Shown here piece after piece: positions 9,351 through 19,054 of a stretch of DNA of 64,000 nucleotides (positions are counted from its first letter, which is position 1; each line of letters starts with the position of its first letter). The translations under genes were made by a program, and so were the position numbers. The notes beneath the pieces are model-generated. The model had not been told where the DNA came from. It was given only the letters and a program-made list of their open reading frames with translations, and did not search any database. The DNA is taken from sequence record LR745208.1. One strand, 5' to 3'.

Positions 9351-9728
9351 ATGGAACACGAAATGGCCTTGCTAGAAGCCGACTGGGAAGCTGAGAAGAT
9401 GGTGGCTCACATGGAAGAGGATGAGTGGCGGACCGCTGAATGCCTAGTCCTGGAAGTAGCCGAACGTCTCCAGGCCGGAGCCTTCGGTGCCCTGGTACCA
9501 CGCAGCATCGTGTGTGATATGCTGGTTGCGGCCATCCATGCCATCGATGAAGCTGGCTCCAGGAGCATCCCCAAGGAGGGCCTCCCCGACCCGGAAACCC
9601 ACCTTCTGGAGTACCTCGAAGCAAGGGCCACACACCGGAGGATGCTGGAGGTGACCGCCGTGAACCGGGCCATCCAGACCAGCCGAGTTGAGTTCAATCG
9701 AGTCTTCAAGGGGTGGTGTGATGACTAG
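9351..9728 (+). CDS. hypothetical protein
   Basis: Within ORF 9264..9728; ATG at 9351; helical and acidic; on the opposite strand to the virion block. Confidence 0.5.
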   Translation: MEHEMALLEADWEAEKMVAHMEEDEWRTAECLVLEVAERLQAGAFGALVPRSIVCDMLVAAIHAIDEAGSRSIPKEGLPDPETHLLEYLEARATHRRMLEVTAVNRAIQTSRVEFNRVFKGWCDD

Positions 9729-9927
9729 AGAGGAGCTTGTCGACCTGGGGGCTGCCAGACGCGAACGCAGTACCACCATGAAGTATGAGGCAGCCATCCG
9801 CAAGGCAGCATGTGCATGCTGTTACGTATGTGGACTCCGCATTCCACGGACCAAACCTAAGGCTGTTGTGAGGTGTACTCTCTGTGACCGGGCCTACGCG
9901 AAGCGTCAGCCCGATCCAGAGTGGTAG
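9721..9927 (+). CDS. small Zn-finger protein
   Basis: CCYVCG...CTLCD; overlaps the end of the upstream gene. Confidence 0.5.
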   Translation: MTREELVDLGAARRERSTTMKYEAAIRKAACACCYVCGLRIPRTKPKAVVRCTLCDRAYAKRQPDPEW

Positions 9928-9933
9928 GTGGGA

Positions 9934-11010
9934 TCAGTTTACGACGAGGAAGGCAACCTTGGTTGCCGCTGTGGCAACAGCGTTACCCGTGATCGTGAAG
10001 CTACCTGCACCAGGAACCACTGTCAGAATCTGGGTGAAGGTTGCGTCAACGAACTGGAGGGTGCAGATCACATGTGAAGCCGCTGTTACGAAGCTGTTTG
10101 TCACAACCACGCTTGCTGCCCCAATTGCAACCGAGCACTTGCCCGATGGCTTGTTGATCTCGATTGCTCCAGGAGCGGCCGAGCCGTCAGTGGTGTCCGC
10201 TGTAATTGCACCGTTGAAGAGAACAGTGCCATCCAGACGGGTTGTGCCAGCATCAACCCACACCGAGTAGCTGTTGGTCAGGGTTGCATTTGCCCCCGCC
10301 GCTGGTGCGGCATCCACATACAGAGTCGCTGCATTTGTTACAGTGCTCCCTGCCACGAATGCAATCGTTGGAGCCAGGATCTTCACAAAACGTTGGCTTG
10401 TGATTGCCCCAGTTGCCCACTCAACGGTACGACCAAGGTTGAACAGCACATCAGGCACCTCTGTGGTGGCTGTGTTGGTCGTGTTGGCCGCACCAACTAG
10501 GCTCAGAGCCGTTGGTACTGAACCAGCAACAACTGCTGGTGTCAGAGCCAGACCACCATCGAGACGAGTGTTGCCAGCATCAACCCACAACGCCCAGCTA
10601 TTTGTCAGGGTTGCATTTGCGCCCGCTGCTGGAGCTGCATCCACATACAGTGTTGCAGCTGTCGTAATGGTCGAAGCACCAACGAAGGCGTAGGTTGGAG
10701 CCAGGATCTTGACCGCCCGTTGCGAGGCAACAGCACCAGTGGCGAACTGAACCGTGCGATTCAGCTGGAGGTACACATCGGGGCATTCCACTGTTGCGGT
10801 GTTGGCCGTGTTGGCCGCGCCGGTCAGGTGGAAGGCAATGGGTGTCTGGGCTGCAAGGACGCCTGGGGTCCATGTCTTGTTAGCCGTGACGGTCTGGGCT
10901 GTGTTCAGGGTCATCCCGGGGATGGCACTGGTGTCCGGAGCATCAATTGCTGCTCGGGCGGAGGCGAGGGTGCTGCCGATTGCGGCAATTAGAGCGCGTG
11001 GGGTAGTCAT
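9934..11010 (-). CDS. fibre/decoration protein with a tandem 109-aa duplication
   Basis: The block AANT-PDV-RTV-ATGA-SQR-VKILAPT-AATLYVDAAPAAGANATLTNS-WVDAG-TRLDG occurs twice, with a DNA period of 327 bp. Confidence 0.8.
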   Translation of the reverse strand: MTTPRALIAAIGSTLASARAAIDAPDTSAIPGMTLNTAQTVTANKTWTPGVLAAQTPIAFHLTGAANTANTATVECPDVYLQLNRTVQFATGAVASQRAVKILAPTYAFVGASTITTAATLYVDAAPAAGANATLTNSWALWVDAGNTRLDGGLALTPAVVAGSVPTALSLVGAANTTNTATTEVPDVLFNLGRTVEWATGAITSQRFVKILAPTIAFVAGSTVTNAATLYVDAAPAAGANATLTNSYSVWVDAGTTRLDGTVLFNGAITADTTDGSAAPGAIEINKPSGKCSVAIGAASVVVTNSFVTAASHVICTLQFVDATFTQILTVVPGAGSFTITGNAVATAATKVAFLVVN

Positions 11011-11033
11011 TTTCGTGTTTCCTTTTCAGACCT

Positions 11034-11762
11034 TTAGAGGACGCTTCCCGCGTCGTCATATGCGACGAGGGCTGGGGAAACCGTCCCGAGATACGAGAAG
11101 GTTGTACCAGTGAATCCCGCGAGCTGACCCTGTGCGAGAGAGATGTAGAACGAAGAGTCCATGACAAGGATGTCTGAGTAGGCATCGAAGTCGAAGTTCG
11201 CAGTGTTCCACGCAGGGGCCGATGCCTGGGCAGTGAACACACCACCTGCCTGAACCTGAGTACCCGCTGCAACGGTATAGGTTGCACCCGAGAGGACGCG
11301 CAGAACATCCATCACTGTGCCGGTCGACAGCGAACCACCAAGGGTCGTCAGTTCCGTACCCACACCCACCGAAGCCGCAAGGCTCACATTGATGCTCGCG
11401 AGGGTCAGAGAACCCGCCGCACGCATGATCACAATCAGGGCTGCCGCTGCGGCTGTAGCCTCTGCTGGGGTGAGAGCAACGCCAGCTGCACCAAGCGCCT
11501 GGACGTTAGCCATCAGGTACGCAGCGAGACCGGACTTGGCACCCGTGAAGGTCTTCACGCCACCAACGTCTGTCAGCACTACCGCTGCGGTCACTGGGGC
11601 CGCAACGTAACGTGGACCCTGAGCCGCTGGGCCCTGGGATGGGTTGAACTGTGACCGGTTTGGCCAAAAGTCTGTGACCTGGAGGGTCGAGTTGGGGATG
11701 TCCGCACGGCGGAGGCAGATGAACGGCATTGTCGTAGCTCCTGTAGATATTCTTTGTGCCAC
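11034..11762 (-). CDS. putative virion structural protein
   Basis: 242-aa Ala/Gly/Thr-rich ORF with a GGAG SD. Confidence 0.7.
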   Translation of the reverse strand: MAQRISTGATTMPFICLRRADIPNSTLQVTDFWPNRSQFNPSQGPAAQGPRYVAAPVTAAVVLTDVGGVKTFTGAKSGLAAYLMANVQALGAAGVALTPAEATAAAAALIVIMRAAGSLTLASINVSLAASVGVGTELTTLGGSLSTGTVMDVLRVLSGATYTVAAGTQVQAGGVFTAQASAPAWNTANFDFDAYSDILVMDSSFYISLAQGQLAGFTGTTFSYLGTVSPALVAYDDAGSVL

Positions 11763-11891
11763 ACCGAAGGTGGGGCCAATTGGGCGGAATGTGCTCCGCT
11801 CTCAATTATTAGGGGAGGGGATAAACTAGCAAGCGTGGAAACCCACACAGGTCTCCTGCGTTTAGGGTCTTATATCCCCTTTTAGGTACAA

Positions 11892-12347
11892 ATGAAGCTC
11901 TCAACTTGGGCCAAACAACAAGGCATCACATACAAAACGGCCTATCGAATGTTCCGAAATGGTACCTTGCCCATACGCCATGAGCAATTCCCAACAGGAA
12001 CTATCATTGTCCACCCTGAACAACCCACCATCCAACGAGTGGTGCTCTACGGGAAGGTAGCAAATGCCAGCCAGAAGGCGGACCTGGAAAAGCAACTAGA
12101 TAGGATGAGGGCCTTTGCAGCGACGCAAGGATGGGTGGTATCCGCTGAGGTGACAGACATTGGTAGCCTTCCTGACGGGTGTGGCAGGAATGCCATCAAA
12201 CTACTGGCGGACCCCACTGTGACCCTTATCGTGGTCGAACGGCAAGACCAGCTGGCCCAATTTGGATTCGGATTCACTATGGTGTCAGCAGCCCTATTGG
12301 CTTCTGGGAGACACATCATCGTAATGAACCTATCTATCCGACCTTAG
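11892..12347 (+). CDS. IS607-family TnpA-like serine recombinase derivative, catalytic residues substituted
   Basis: N-terminal MerR-like HTH (MKLSTWAKQQGITYKTAYRMFRNGTLP) followed by a resolvase fold with YGKVA in place of YARVS and DQLAQFG in place of DRLARFG. Confidence 0.85.
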   Translation: MKLSTWAKQQGITYKTAYRMFRNGTLPIRHEQFPTGTIIVHPEQPTIQRVVLYGKVANASQKADLEKQLDRMRAFAATQGWVVSAEVTDIGSLPDGCGRNAIKLLADPTVTLIVVERQDQLAQFGFGFTMVSAALLASGRHIIVMNLSIRP

Positions 12348-13093
12348 GCCGAGTTAACAACGGCAATCCGTACGGTGAACCACGGGTTCCCGTCCGGGCA
12401 TCCAAAAAACAGCTCTGGTATACCAGAACCTGTCATTGATATATCCTTGCCAGGAAGTATTACCGTTGGAGGCATCCCTGGATGGAAGGACACAAACAGG
12501 ACCTTCCCTGGATCCAGGTTCGCGATTGACACCGTGGTGGAGTACCCTGGGACCATGAAGTTCATTGTTCCGGGCATCATCGAGTCAGGAATGGCAGCTG
12601 GCCATGCCCCAAGAGCCATATTGGGTGCCCTACCCGAAACCGTGAATGTAGGCTCTTTGGTCGTGAAGAAATCATATGGGGGCACGATCATGATGGGCCC
12701 CTCTGGTAGGTAAGTGGCAGTTGCTACGTCCCAGATCTGCATTCGTAGGAATAGGGTCTGGTCATCCGTGGGGAGGTAGGGACCTCCAGGAACTGCCGCC
12801 GCCGTTGAGAAGTCATCCGGGTCGAACACCATCCTGGTCAACCCACGACTGGTCTCCTCCACGGCTGGCATTCTGCGACTTCTAATGGAGGGGGATAGGT
12901 AGCTCATCCCAGACAGGACATCGAACATCGGCAGGGTACCTCCCCCGCCTACCCCCGCCACTGCCCCATAGGCATCCACCAGACGGGCTGCCCCGGCCAC
13001 CCGGATCTTTGGGGCAGCATCCATCGGGAACGTCATGTTGATCATGTTTGGCGAACGGTACTGAATGGATGGGATCTCTCGCTGACGTGTCAT
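12344..13093 (-). CDS. hypothetical (probably virion) protein
   Basis: 249-aa ORF preceded by the upstream motif at 13121. Confidence 0.65.
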   Translation of the reverse strand: MTRQREIPSIQYRSPNMINMTFPMDAAPKIRVAGAARLVDAYGAVAGVGGGGTLPMFDVLSGMSYLSPSIRSRRMPAVEETSRGLTRMVFDPDDFSTAAAVPGGPYLPTDDQTLFLRMQIWDVATATYLPEGPIMIVPPYDFFTTKEPTFTVSGRAPNMALGAWPAAIPDSMMPGTMNFMVPGYSTTVSIANLDPGKVLFVSFHPGMPPTVILPGKDISMTGSGIPELFFGCPDGNPWFTVRIAVVNSA

Positions 13094-13136
13094 TATGGCT
13101 GCCTCTATGGATGTCCGCTGATAGGATAGCTAGGGG

Positions 13137-13526
13137 CTATGTGGTCAGCTTAGTCTTCTCTTCGCTGATCTTGGCATCATAGGTGGTAGTTACCTTCCCC
13201 TTGGATTCGGCCAGTTTCTTGGCATCTGACCAGGAGTCCACCCTCTCACCCTCCACATTGGGGGCCAACCTCATGGCTGGATTCCGCTTCCTGTCCTCTT
13301 GCTTCTTGTCCAAGATTCGATTCTTGGCAGCCATCTGCCCATTAATCTTGATAGCCTTCCCGGGCCAATCATCCCCCTTGAGGACGAAGTTGGGAACCGA
13401 GATTTGCTTTTGAGCCGGACCCCCACAGGTCTCGCATGTCTGTGGGTCCCCACAGGAAGCGACTGACAGGGTTAGCTCGAACGTTTCTTCGCAAGCTGGA
13501 CAATTGAAGTCATACCTTGGAGCCAT
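13137..13526 (-). CDS. FmdB-family zinc-ribbon protein
   Basis: MAPRYDFNCPACEETFE...CETCGG. Confidence 0.8.
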   Translation of the reverse strand: MAPRYDFNCPACEETFELTLSVASCGDPQTCETCGGPAQKQISVPNFVLKGDDWPGKAIKINGQMAAKNRILDKKQEDRKRNPAMRLAPNVEGERVDSWSDAKKLAESKGKVTTTYDAKISEEKTKLTT

Positions 13527-13538
13527 GTCACACTATAC

Positions 13539-15104
13539 CTACTTGGAGGCAGGGATGGGTGCCCACTTCGATATCACATCCATGACGGCAACGACGTGTT
13601 TGCAGGTACGCTTCACACCCTCAGGGTCCCTGACCACGGGAACACTCGCCGTCCCCACGGGCTTCCCATAGAGGTACTCCTCTACCTTGGAGTGATGTTC
13701 TGGACCCTGCCACCGAGAGAAGTTGCAGGAGCAGGACAACTCCAGGTCCATCTTTGACAGGCTCCGGATCCCCTTGGCGGATAGGGTTCCCTTGACCCTG
13801 ACAATGTACTTCTCACCCTTGCTGCCTGGGACCTGGAACCGGAACATGAGATTGCCGGGGTCAGAACGTATCAGCTTGGGGACTTTGACCTTGGCCCGAT
13901 CAATCACCCCGGGGTCCAGACCATTGAGGATCTCCGACATCCTGGCCGCCACCCTGATAGCCGCAACCACCCTATCCGCAGAGGCTTCCTTGTTGGCAAA
14001 GTCATGTCCAGAAGGAATAACCTTGGCAGACCCCGGATTGTTGTCTACTTCTCGGATATTATCCATCTCTTCGGATGGGATACGGTCGAAGTGATCCGAG
14101 TCAGGATATTTGAGGATAGGAGAGTATGGGGAGGGAGCCCCTAGGTCCCTGACGCCATCCCCCGGGTCCATGTTGTATCCAGGAGTGAATGTCTCCCTGT
14201 AGAACGTTCCAGCCACTCTTGTAGGGTCTACCTCGTCCTCGAAGTCGGCATCAGCCCACTCAAAAAATGTGTCCAAATCCGTCTCCGAGTCAAACTCCAC
14301 ATCATTCAAAAAGGCAAAGAAGGGCACCTCGCCTAGGCCCAACCCCTCCGATTGGATCACCACATTCTGTTCTTGAACCGCCAACACAACCCCGGACCCG
14401 AAATCCGGATGCCAGAAGGGCAACTCCACAGATGCGGTCTTGTCCCGTTGCTTCTTAGCCCGGTCTGCATTGCTCCGGAACCCACCCGCTGGCAGCCGGT
14501 TGAACTTCTTGCCAATGTCCACGTTGTTCCGCATCTTGCGGACCCTCTTGAACAATGAGTTGGAACGCACCTTGTGGTAATGCTTCTTAGCCCGGGTCTT
14601 GATCTGACCCCGGTGACGGAGGTAATATTTCTGGTGGTACCGCTTTGCTTCCCCCATCTGACGTTTCTGTCTCTTGGAGTAGGTGGGAGGCCTCGTAACC
14701 TCTACAGAATTGGCCTCTCGAACCCCGGCCCCGCTACCATCCCCAGGACTACTATTGTTGTCATCCGTACGGCGAGGAGTAATATTGGTCTTGAATGGGT
14801 GTCCGTAATCCTCCCCAGGTGTACCCGGCGTTCGGACATGAACCTTCTGTCCCTCACCTGACGGGCCAGGGGTGTTATATCCCCAGTTCCCTGGAATGTC
14901 TCTCTCCAGGTTCTCTTTTGTGTCTGTTCGTTGGGGCCTGACGCGACTCCTATCAGACTTGGGGGACTCCCCAGGTGGGTGGCTGATCGAGTCCCCAGAC
15001 GGGGCCTGGATGCCTTTCCCAGGCTTCTCACTCACGAACGTGCGGACACCAGTAAGCTCCTCTACAGGGGCTCGGTAGGCTTCCTTATCGCGTTGGAGGG
15101 CCAT
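13539..15104 (-). CDS. multidomain protein with a basic Arg/Lys tract and a C-terminal SWIM zinc finger
   Basis: LSCSC...CKHVVAV (SWIM CxCx(n)CxH); central KRQKRQ...HRGQIKTRAKKHYHKVR tract. Confidence 0.65.
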   Translation of the reverse strand: MALQRDKEAYRAPVEELTGVRTFVSEKPGKGIQAPSGDSISHPPGESPKSDRSRVRPQRTDTKENLERDIPGNWGYNTPGPSGEGQKVHVRTPGTPGEDYGHPFKTNITPRRTDDNNSSPGDGSGAGVREANSVEVTRPPTYSKRQKRQMGEAKRYHQKYYLRHRGQIKTRAKKHYHKVRSNSLFKRVRKMRNNVDIGKKFNRLPAGGFRSNADRAKKQRDKTASVELPFWHPDFGSGVVLAVQEQNVVIQSEGLGLGEVPFFAFLNDVEFDSETDLDTFFEWADADFEDEVDPTRVAGTFYRETFTPGYNMDPGDGVRDLGAPSPYSPILKYPDSDHFDRIPSEEMDNIREVDNNPGSAKVIPSGHDFANKEASADRVVAAIRVAARMSEILNGLDPGVIDRAKVKVPKLIRSDPGNLMFRFQVPGSKGEKYIVRVKGTLSAKGIRSLSKMDLELSCSCNFSRWQGPEHHSKVEEYLYGKPVGTASVPVVRDPEGVKRTCKHVVAVMDVISKWAPIPASK

Positions 15105-15109
15105 GCCTG

Positions 15110-15676
15110 TTAGATCCCAACATTGGTCTGCACGTATGCGTAACCATTGGATAATGTGCTGGGGGGCAAAGCACAGATCCCAAAATACAGGAACCGCACC
15201 GTAATGGGGGTCCCGTCTGGAAACAGCCCACCCGCATTGACTGCGGGATCCGATTCATCCTGATTGGTCAAGAGACCGTTTTCCGACACATACAAGAACT
15301 GCTGTACTGAGTAGACCAGAGGCACCAATGGGCCCCCCCCATGGCGAGAGGCATAAGTGTATCGCTCATAGGAGGTGGTGGCCAGGAAGTTTCCACCAAA
15401 GTACAGGGACACTGTGCGGCTTCGCACATTTGTCTGTGTGATTGCCGTGTACTGGTCCCCAGACTCATTCGACCCGAAGGGCAGGAACCCACAGTAGGTA
15501 CCGTTGGCAAGATCCACTCCGGGCTCCCCTGTCCCGTCATCCACCCAACGCACAAAAGCTCCCCCCACCCAGCCTCTGGTCGCCAGAGTGGCTGAAATCT
15601 TGATGGGCATCGTGTCCCCCTTGTGGAACAGGACGCAATCCCGATTGTTGTACCCACTGAGGTTTGTGATACTCAT
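15110..15676 (-). CDS. putative capsid-associated protein
   Basis: 188-aa Gly-rich beta ORF with ATGA coupling to the upstream gene. Confidence 0.6.
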   Translation of the reverse strand: MSITNLSGYNNRDCVLFHKGDTMPIKISATLATRGWVGGAFVRWVDDGTGEPGVDLANGTYCGFLPFGSNESGDQYTAITQTNVRSRTVSLYFGGNFLATTSYERYTYASRHGGGPLVPLVYSVQQFLYVSENGLLTNQDESDPAVNAGGLFPDGTPITVRFLYFGICALPPSTLSNGYAYVQTNVGI

Positions 15677-16407
15677 CGAGGGGCCTTAGCCTTTGGCAAG
15701 TCATCCCGGCTCTGGGGAAGCCCCCCGTCTCCGGGTTCATGTGTCATGATGAGATGCCTATTTAGAGTGCTGAAGGTGCCCCCCCCAGGTCCAGCTTTGA
15801 TCTCTGAGGGGGTAGGCGGAGCTTTTCTGGCTTGCTGTGTAGCCTTGGGCACCGAGATGTCCGCATTCTGCATCTCTTGAACTGACTTCCCAGCCGTTCC
15901 TGGCACGTTGGAAAGAGCCTTGGTTTGGGCAAACTCCCGCGTCTCCCGCTTCTTGGGATTGTCAAAAAAGTGGCCCTCAGCACTTGTGGCCCCCGAAGCC
16001 TCCAGGACCCTATGTACGGCCTGAGCCTCAAGGAATCGCTTGGCCACCCGTGATGGCAAAGATTCCTTCGTCCTCTTGTCCGATGAATATGGATGGACTT
16101 TCATGCTCTCGTCCACAACATATCGGTCCTCAATTGGAAGTCTCCCACGCAGGAACTCTTCCCCCATCACCACAAGGGCATAGGCGGTTCGGTCCAGTGC
16201 CCGTTCTACCTCTGTGAGCCTCTCAGGAAACCCAATAATCAGGTCCCCAGCTACTTGCCACAGATGGTCCTTCTTGTCCGATGTTTCCACCAGCTCCAAG
16301 GCCCTATCCAGCATAAGCCGGAGACGATGCATATCAACACGGGCCTGGGTCACCCCCTCAGTGAGTAGGGCCCAGGATGCCTGACTGGAAGCGATCTTGT
16401 GAGACAT
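15673..16407 (-). CDS. hypothetical protein
   Basis: 244 aa; contains PSRVAKRF. Confidence 0.7.
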   Translation of the reverse strand: MSHKIASSQASWALLTEGVTQARVDMHRLRLMLDRALELVETSDKKDHLWQVAGDLIIGFPERLTEVERALDRTAYALVVMGEEFLRGRLPIEDRYVVDESMKVHPYSSDKRTKESLPSRVAKRFLEAQAVHRVLEASGATSAEGHFFDNPKKRETREFAQTKALSNVPGTAGKSVQEMQNADISVPKATQQARKAPPTPSEIKAGPGGGTFSTLNRHLIMTHEPGDGGLPQSRDDLPKAKAPR

Positions 16408-16449
16408 TCATAAGGGAGGCGGGGAAAGGCTAATTAGGGAGTGGAAATC

Positions 16450-17532
16450 TCACCGGGGAGGGAAAGCGAGAGCCTCGTCGATTCCCCTGACAACTGAGGG
16501 GACCTCGTAGCTCTTGATTAGGGCCAAAACATCTGGGCTGTTCCGATATTGGTCCACCGCAATCTTAACCCGTGACTTCCAATGGATCTTCTTGTCCCAC
16601 CGGATCCCAGGGGCAATCTCCAGGCTGTCTCCGTTGATTACCACGTCCTCCACCGAAGTTGGGGCCTTAGCCACTACCTTGACCGCTGCGGCCACTGGCT
16701 TTGCTACCTTAACGACCGGCGTGGCAACAGATGGGGTCGACGCAGCCACCTGCTTCTTGCGCTGGATAGCCAACATTTGTGCATGGGTCGCTGGGTCCAC
16801 AGCATCCAGGATCTCCTCCACCGAATCTGCCGCCGCTGCGACGATCCCCCCCTTAGATGCCAGCAGGTCAGCCTTAGGACCTGCCTGAGGACGGATAACC
16901 TTGGCTGGTGGTGCCAGATGCTCCACTACACCCGTCACGTCCTCTGTGGGCTCTCCAGCGTTCATGCTGGTTGAGCCATCCATGCTGAAACTCGTCTTGG
17001 ATGCCCTCTTGAGCTTTGCCACCGGGGTCCCCTCCGATGATGGGGTCGGGCTGGATGCAGTAACCTTTGGCTTGATCGCCTGACCAACCGTTCGGCCGTC
17101 CCCCTCGGTATCCTTGACCAGGGATGAGTTGAATGTCTTGCCCTTGAGAGTGAGCCCCTCTGAGGTTGTGGTCACTTCCGCAGCCTTCTTGACCGCCCCC
17201 GCCTTGGTGGCTGGGCCCACATAGGTCTCCTCACCCGATACAGTCGTAGGGGATTGCTTGACCTTCGTGGTATCCTGAGCTGGACGTACGGTAATCCCCG
17301 CAGAAACAGGAATGTAGTCCGACACACTGTCCCCTATGGGCACCAACCACCCAGCTTTGATGGTGGAGCGAATCTCTGGATAGGGATGCTCTTGGCCCGA
17401 GACCCGAAGGATCTGACCATCATATTGAACGACCTGCCCCTCGGGGATGTCTACCTGAAGACGCCCCAAATGGAACTTGACATTCGCCCGGAAGTCACGA
17501 AACGTCCCTGCAACTAGATTGATTTCACTCAT
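16450..17532 (-). CDS. hypothetical protein with a low-complexity Ala/Lys/Thr linker
   Basis: 360-aa ORF with a GGAG SD. Confidence 0.7.
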   Translation of the reverse strand: MSEINLVAGTFRDFRANVKFHLGRLQVDIPEGQVVQYDGQILRVSGQEHPYPEIRSTIKAGWLVPIGDSVSDYIPVSAGITVRPAQDTTKVKQSPTTVSGEETYVGPATKAGAVKKAAEVTTTSEGLTLKGKTFNSSLVKDTEGDGRTVGQAIKPKVTASSPTPSSEGTPVAKLKRASKTSFSMDGSTSMNAGEPTEDVTGVVEHLAPPAKVIRPQAGPKADLLASKGGIVAAAADSVEEILDAVDPATHAQMLAIQRKKQVAASTPSVATPVVKVAKPVAAAVKVVAKAPTSVEDVVINGDSLEIAPGIRWDKKIHWKSRVKIAVDQYRNSPDVLALIKSYEVPSVVRGIDEALAFPPR

Positions 17533-17582
17533 CGATGGTTCTCTCCTGATACGGTTGTACTGCTACCATACCAAGGAATTCA

Positions 17583-17879
17583 TCAATTGGGTTTTTCAGA
17601 ACTGGGCTTCTCGGGATCCTGAGGCCCCTCTGCCTCTTCCTCATCCGGGTCCAAAGTGGACAAGTCAATCCCATCCCCTTCGTCCACAGTCTCCACGATA
17701 TCATGGATATAGGCCATTAGGGCCAACCCTGCCCCATGCGTCACTGGCATTGGAGGGGCCGTACCGACGATAGAAATGGTCAACTGCTCCCCTACTGCCA
17801 CAATCGCCAATAGGGTCATGTCCCCGGACACCACCAGTTCCCTGATCTGGTCCAGTCGAGCAAGCATCTCATCTTTCAC
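17583..17879 (-). CDS. hypothetical protein
   Basis: 98 aa, GGAGG SD, acidic tail. Confidence 0.55.
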   Translation of the reverse strand: MKDEMLARLDQIRELVVSGDMTLLAIVAVGEQLTISIVGTAPPMPVTHGAGLALMAYIHDIVETVDEGDGIDLSTLDPDEEEAEGPQDPEKPSSEKPN

Positions 17880-17892
17880 CGGGAGACCTCCT

Positions 17893-18948
17893 TTATAGGC
17901 CTAGGGCCTCGCGGACTACCTCTGGCAACGTCTGCACGTCAAAATCAGGGTCATACGACTTCACATGATGCCACAAATCCTTGGCCTTCTTCACATCATG
18001 GTCCTCAACGATGTACTCCTGCATAAGACCCCCCACCATGTAGTCATATACTGCATTAGAGAGGTAATCCCGTGGTTCCGTGTCCATGCGGGACCAGATC
18101 CGATAAGCATCTGAAAACTTACCTCTCTTCAACAGGCTGAGCACGAGATCAAACCCAGAAGCATCCCCCTCCCTTGCTTCGTCCCCCTTCTTAGCTTCAG
18201 CCTGAAATTGAGTAATCACCTTCTGAAGCTGGGCCACCAACTTGGGAGGCATGACCATGCTGGCAAGCATCCTACGAGGGGCTGCCTCCACCACATTCTT
18301 GCCCGCCATGGTGATCTGTAGACCCGCCCCGGTGACCTTGACCAACCCCTTCTTGGCCAGCCCTTGGATCAAAGGATTCTGGGCACTATAGTCCCCAAGG
18401 TGGTTCCGCTGGAAGTATTCCTTCCGGGCCTTGGGAATCAGGCTGCTCATGATCTGAAGTGCAGTGACCTCTTGCTCCGAGTGGGCATCACCCTCACCTG
18501 CGGGGAGGAGTTTCTGGAGGTTGTCCGGGTGGGCTGCAATGGTTGCGTAAACCGAATGACCCCCCTCTGTGCCAGAGATCACAGCCCCATTAAGAGGAAT
18601 TGGGTATTCCTTTCGGTCCATGTCTACCTGATTCTGTGGAGAGAAAGGATTGGCACCACCCCAAGAGCCATACTCAACCTTGGTACGCCCCGAAGTCAGA
18701 TCCACAACCGCCGTGAACCCCCGCATCCCATCCCCACCAGCCCGCTGGACCCCATAGGTGGTCTTGCCCACAACCATGATGTCCCGCTTCCCATAACCCA
18801 CTTCCTTCAAAGCGCGGATCAATGCCTGGGGCAGGCTCCTGACCTCCATGTACTGGCCAGCAGCCTCCTTGAGGAGGGGGAGGAGATGAGGCCTAAGGCT
18901 TGGATCGGAATGGGCTAGCCGAATGAGCTTGGAACGAAGGGTCGTCAT
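17893..18948 (-). CDS. putative internal head protein carrying the MTTLRSKLIRLAH leader
   Basis: N-terminal MTTLRSKLIRLAHSDPSLRPHLLPLLKEAA is shared with three other proteins in the window. Confidence 0.7.
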   Translation of the reverse strand: MTTLRSKLIRLAHSDPSLRPHLLPLLKEAAGQYMEVRSLPQALIRALKEVGYGKRDIMVVGKTTYGVQRAGGDGMRGFTAVVDLTSGRTKVEYGSWGGANPFSPQNQVDMDRKEYPIPLNGAVISGTEGGHSVYATIAAHPDNLQKLLPAGEGDAHSEQEVTALQIMSSLIPKARKEYFQRNHLGDYSAQNPLIQGLAKKGLVKVTGAGLQITMAGKNVVEAAPRRMLASMVMPPKLVAQLQKVITQFQAEAKKGDEAREGDASGFDLVLSLLKRGKFSDAYRIWSRMDTEPRDYLSNAVYDYMVGGLMQEYIVEDHDVKKAKDLWHHVKSYDPDFDVQTLPEVVREALGL

Positions 18949-19054
18949 ACCAGGGGACCTGGATAGCCCAAATAAAACAGGGCCACAAATGTGGCCCCTG
19001 GCGACGAATCCAATTGAAATGGATGCCCTTCCCTGTTACGGGACGCGCTGCGGG

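Noticed and set aside
11892-12347. Active IS607 transposase mobilising the TnpB elements
   Set aside because: The catalytic Ser and three Arg residues are substituted.
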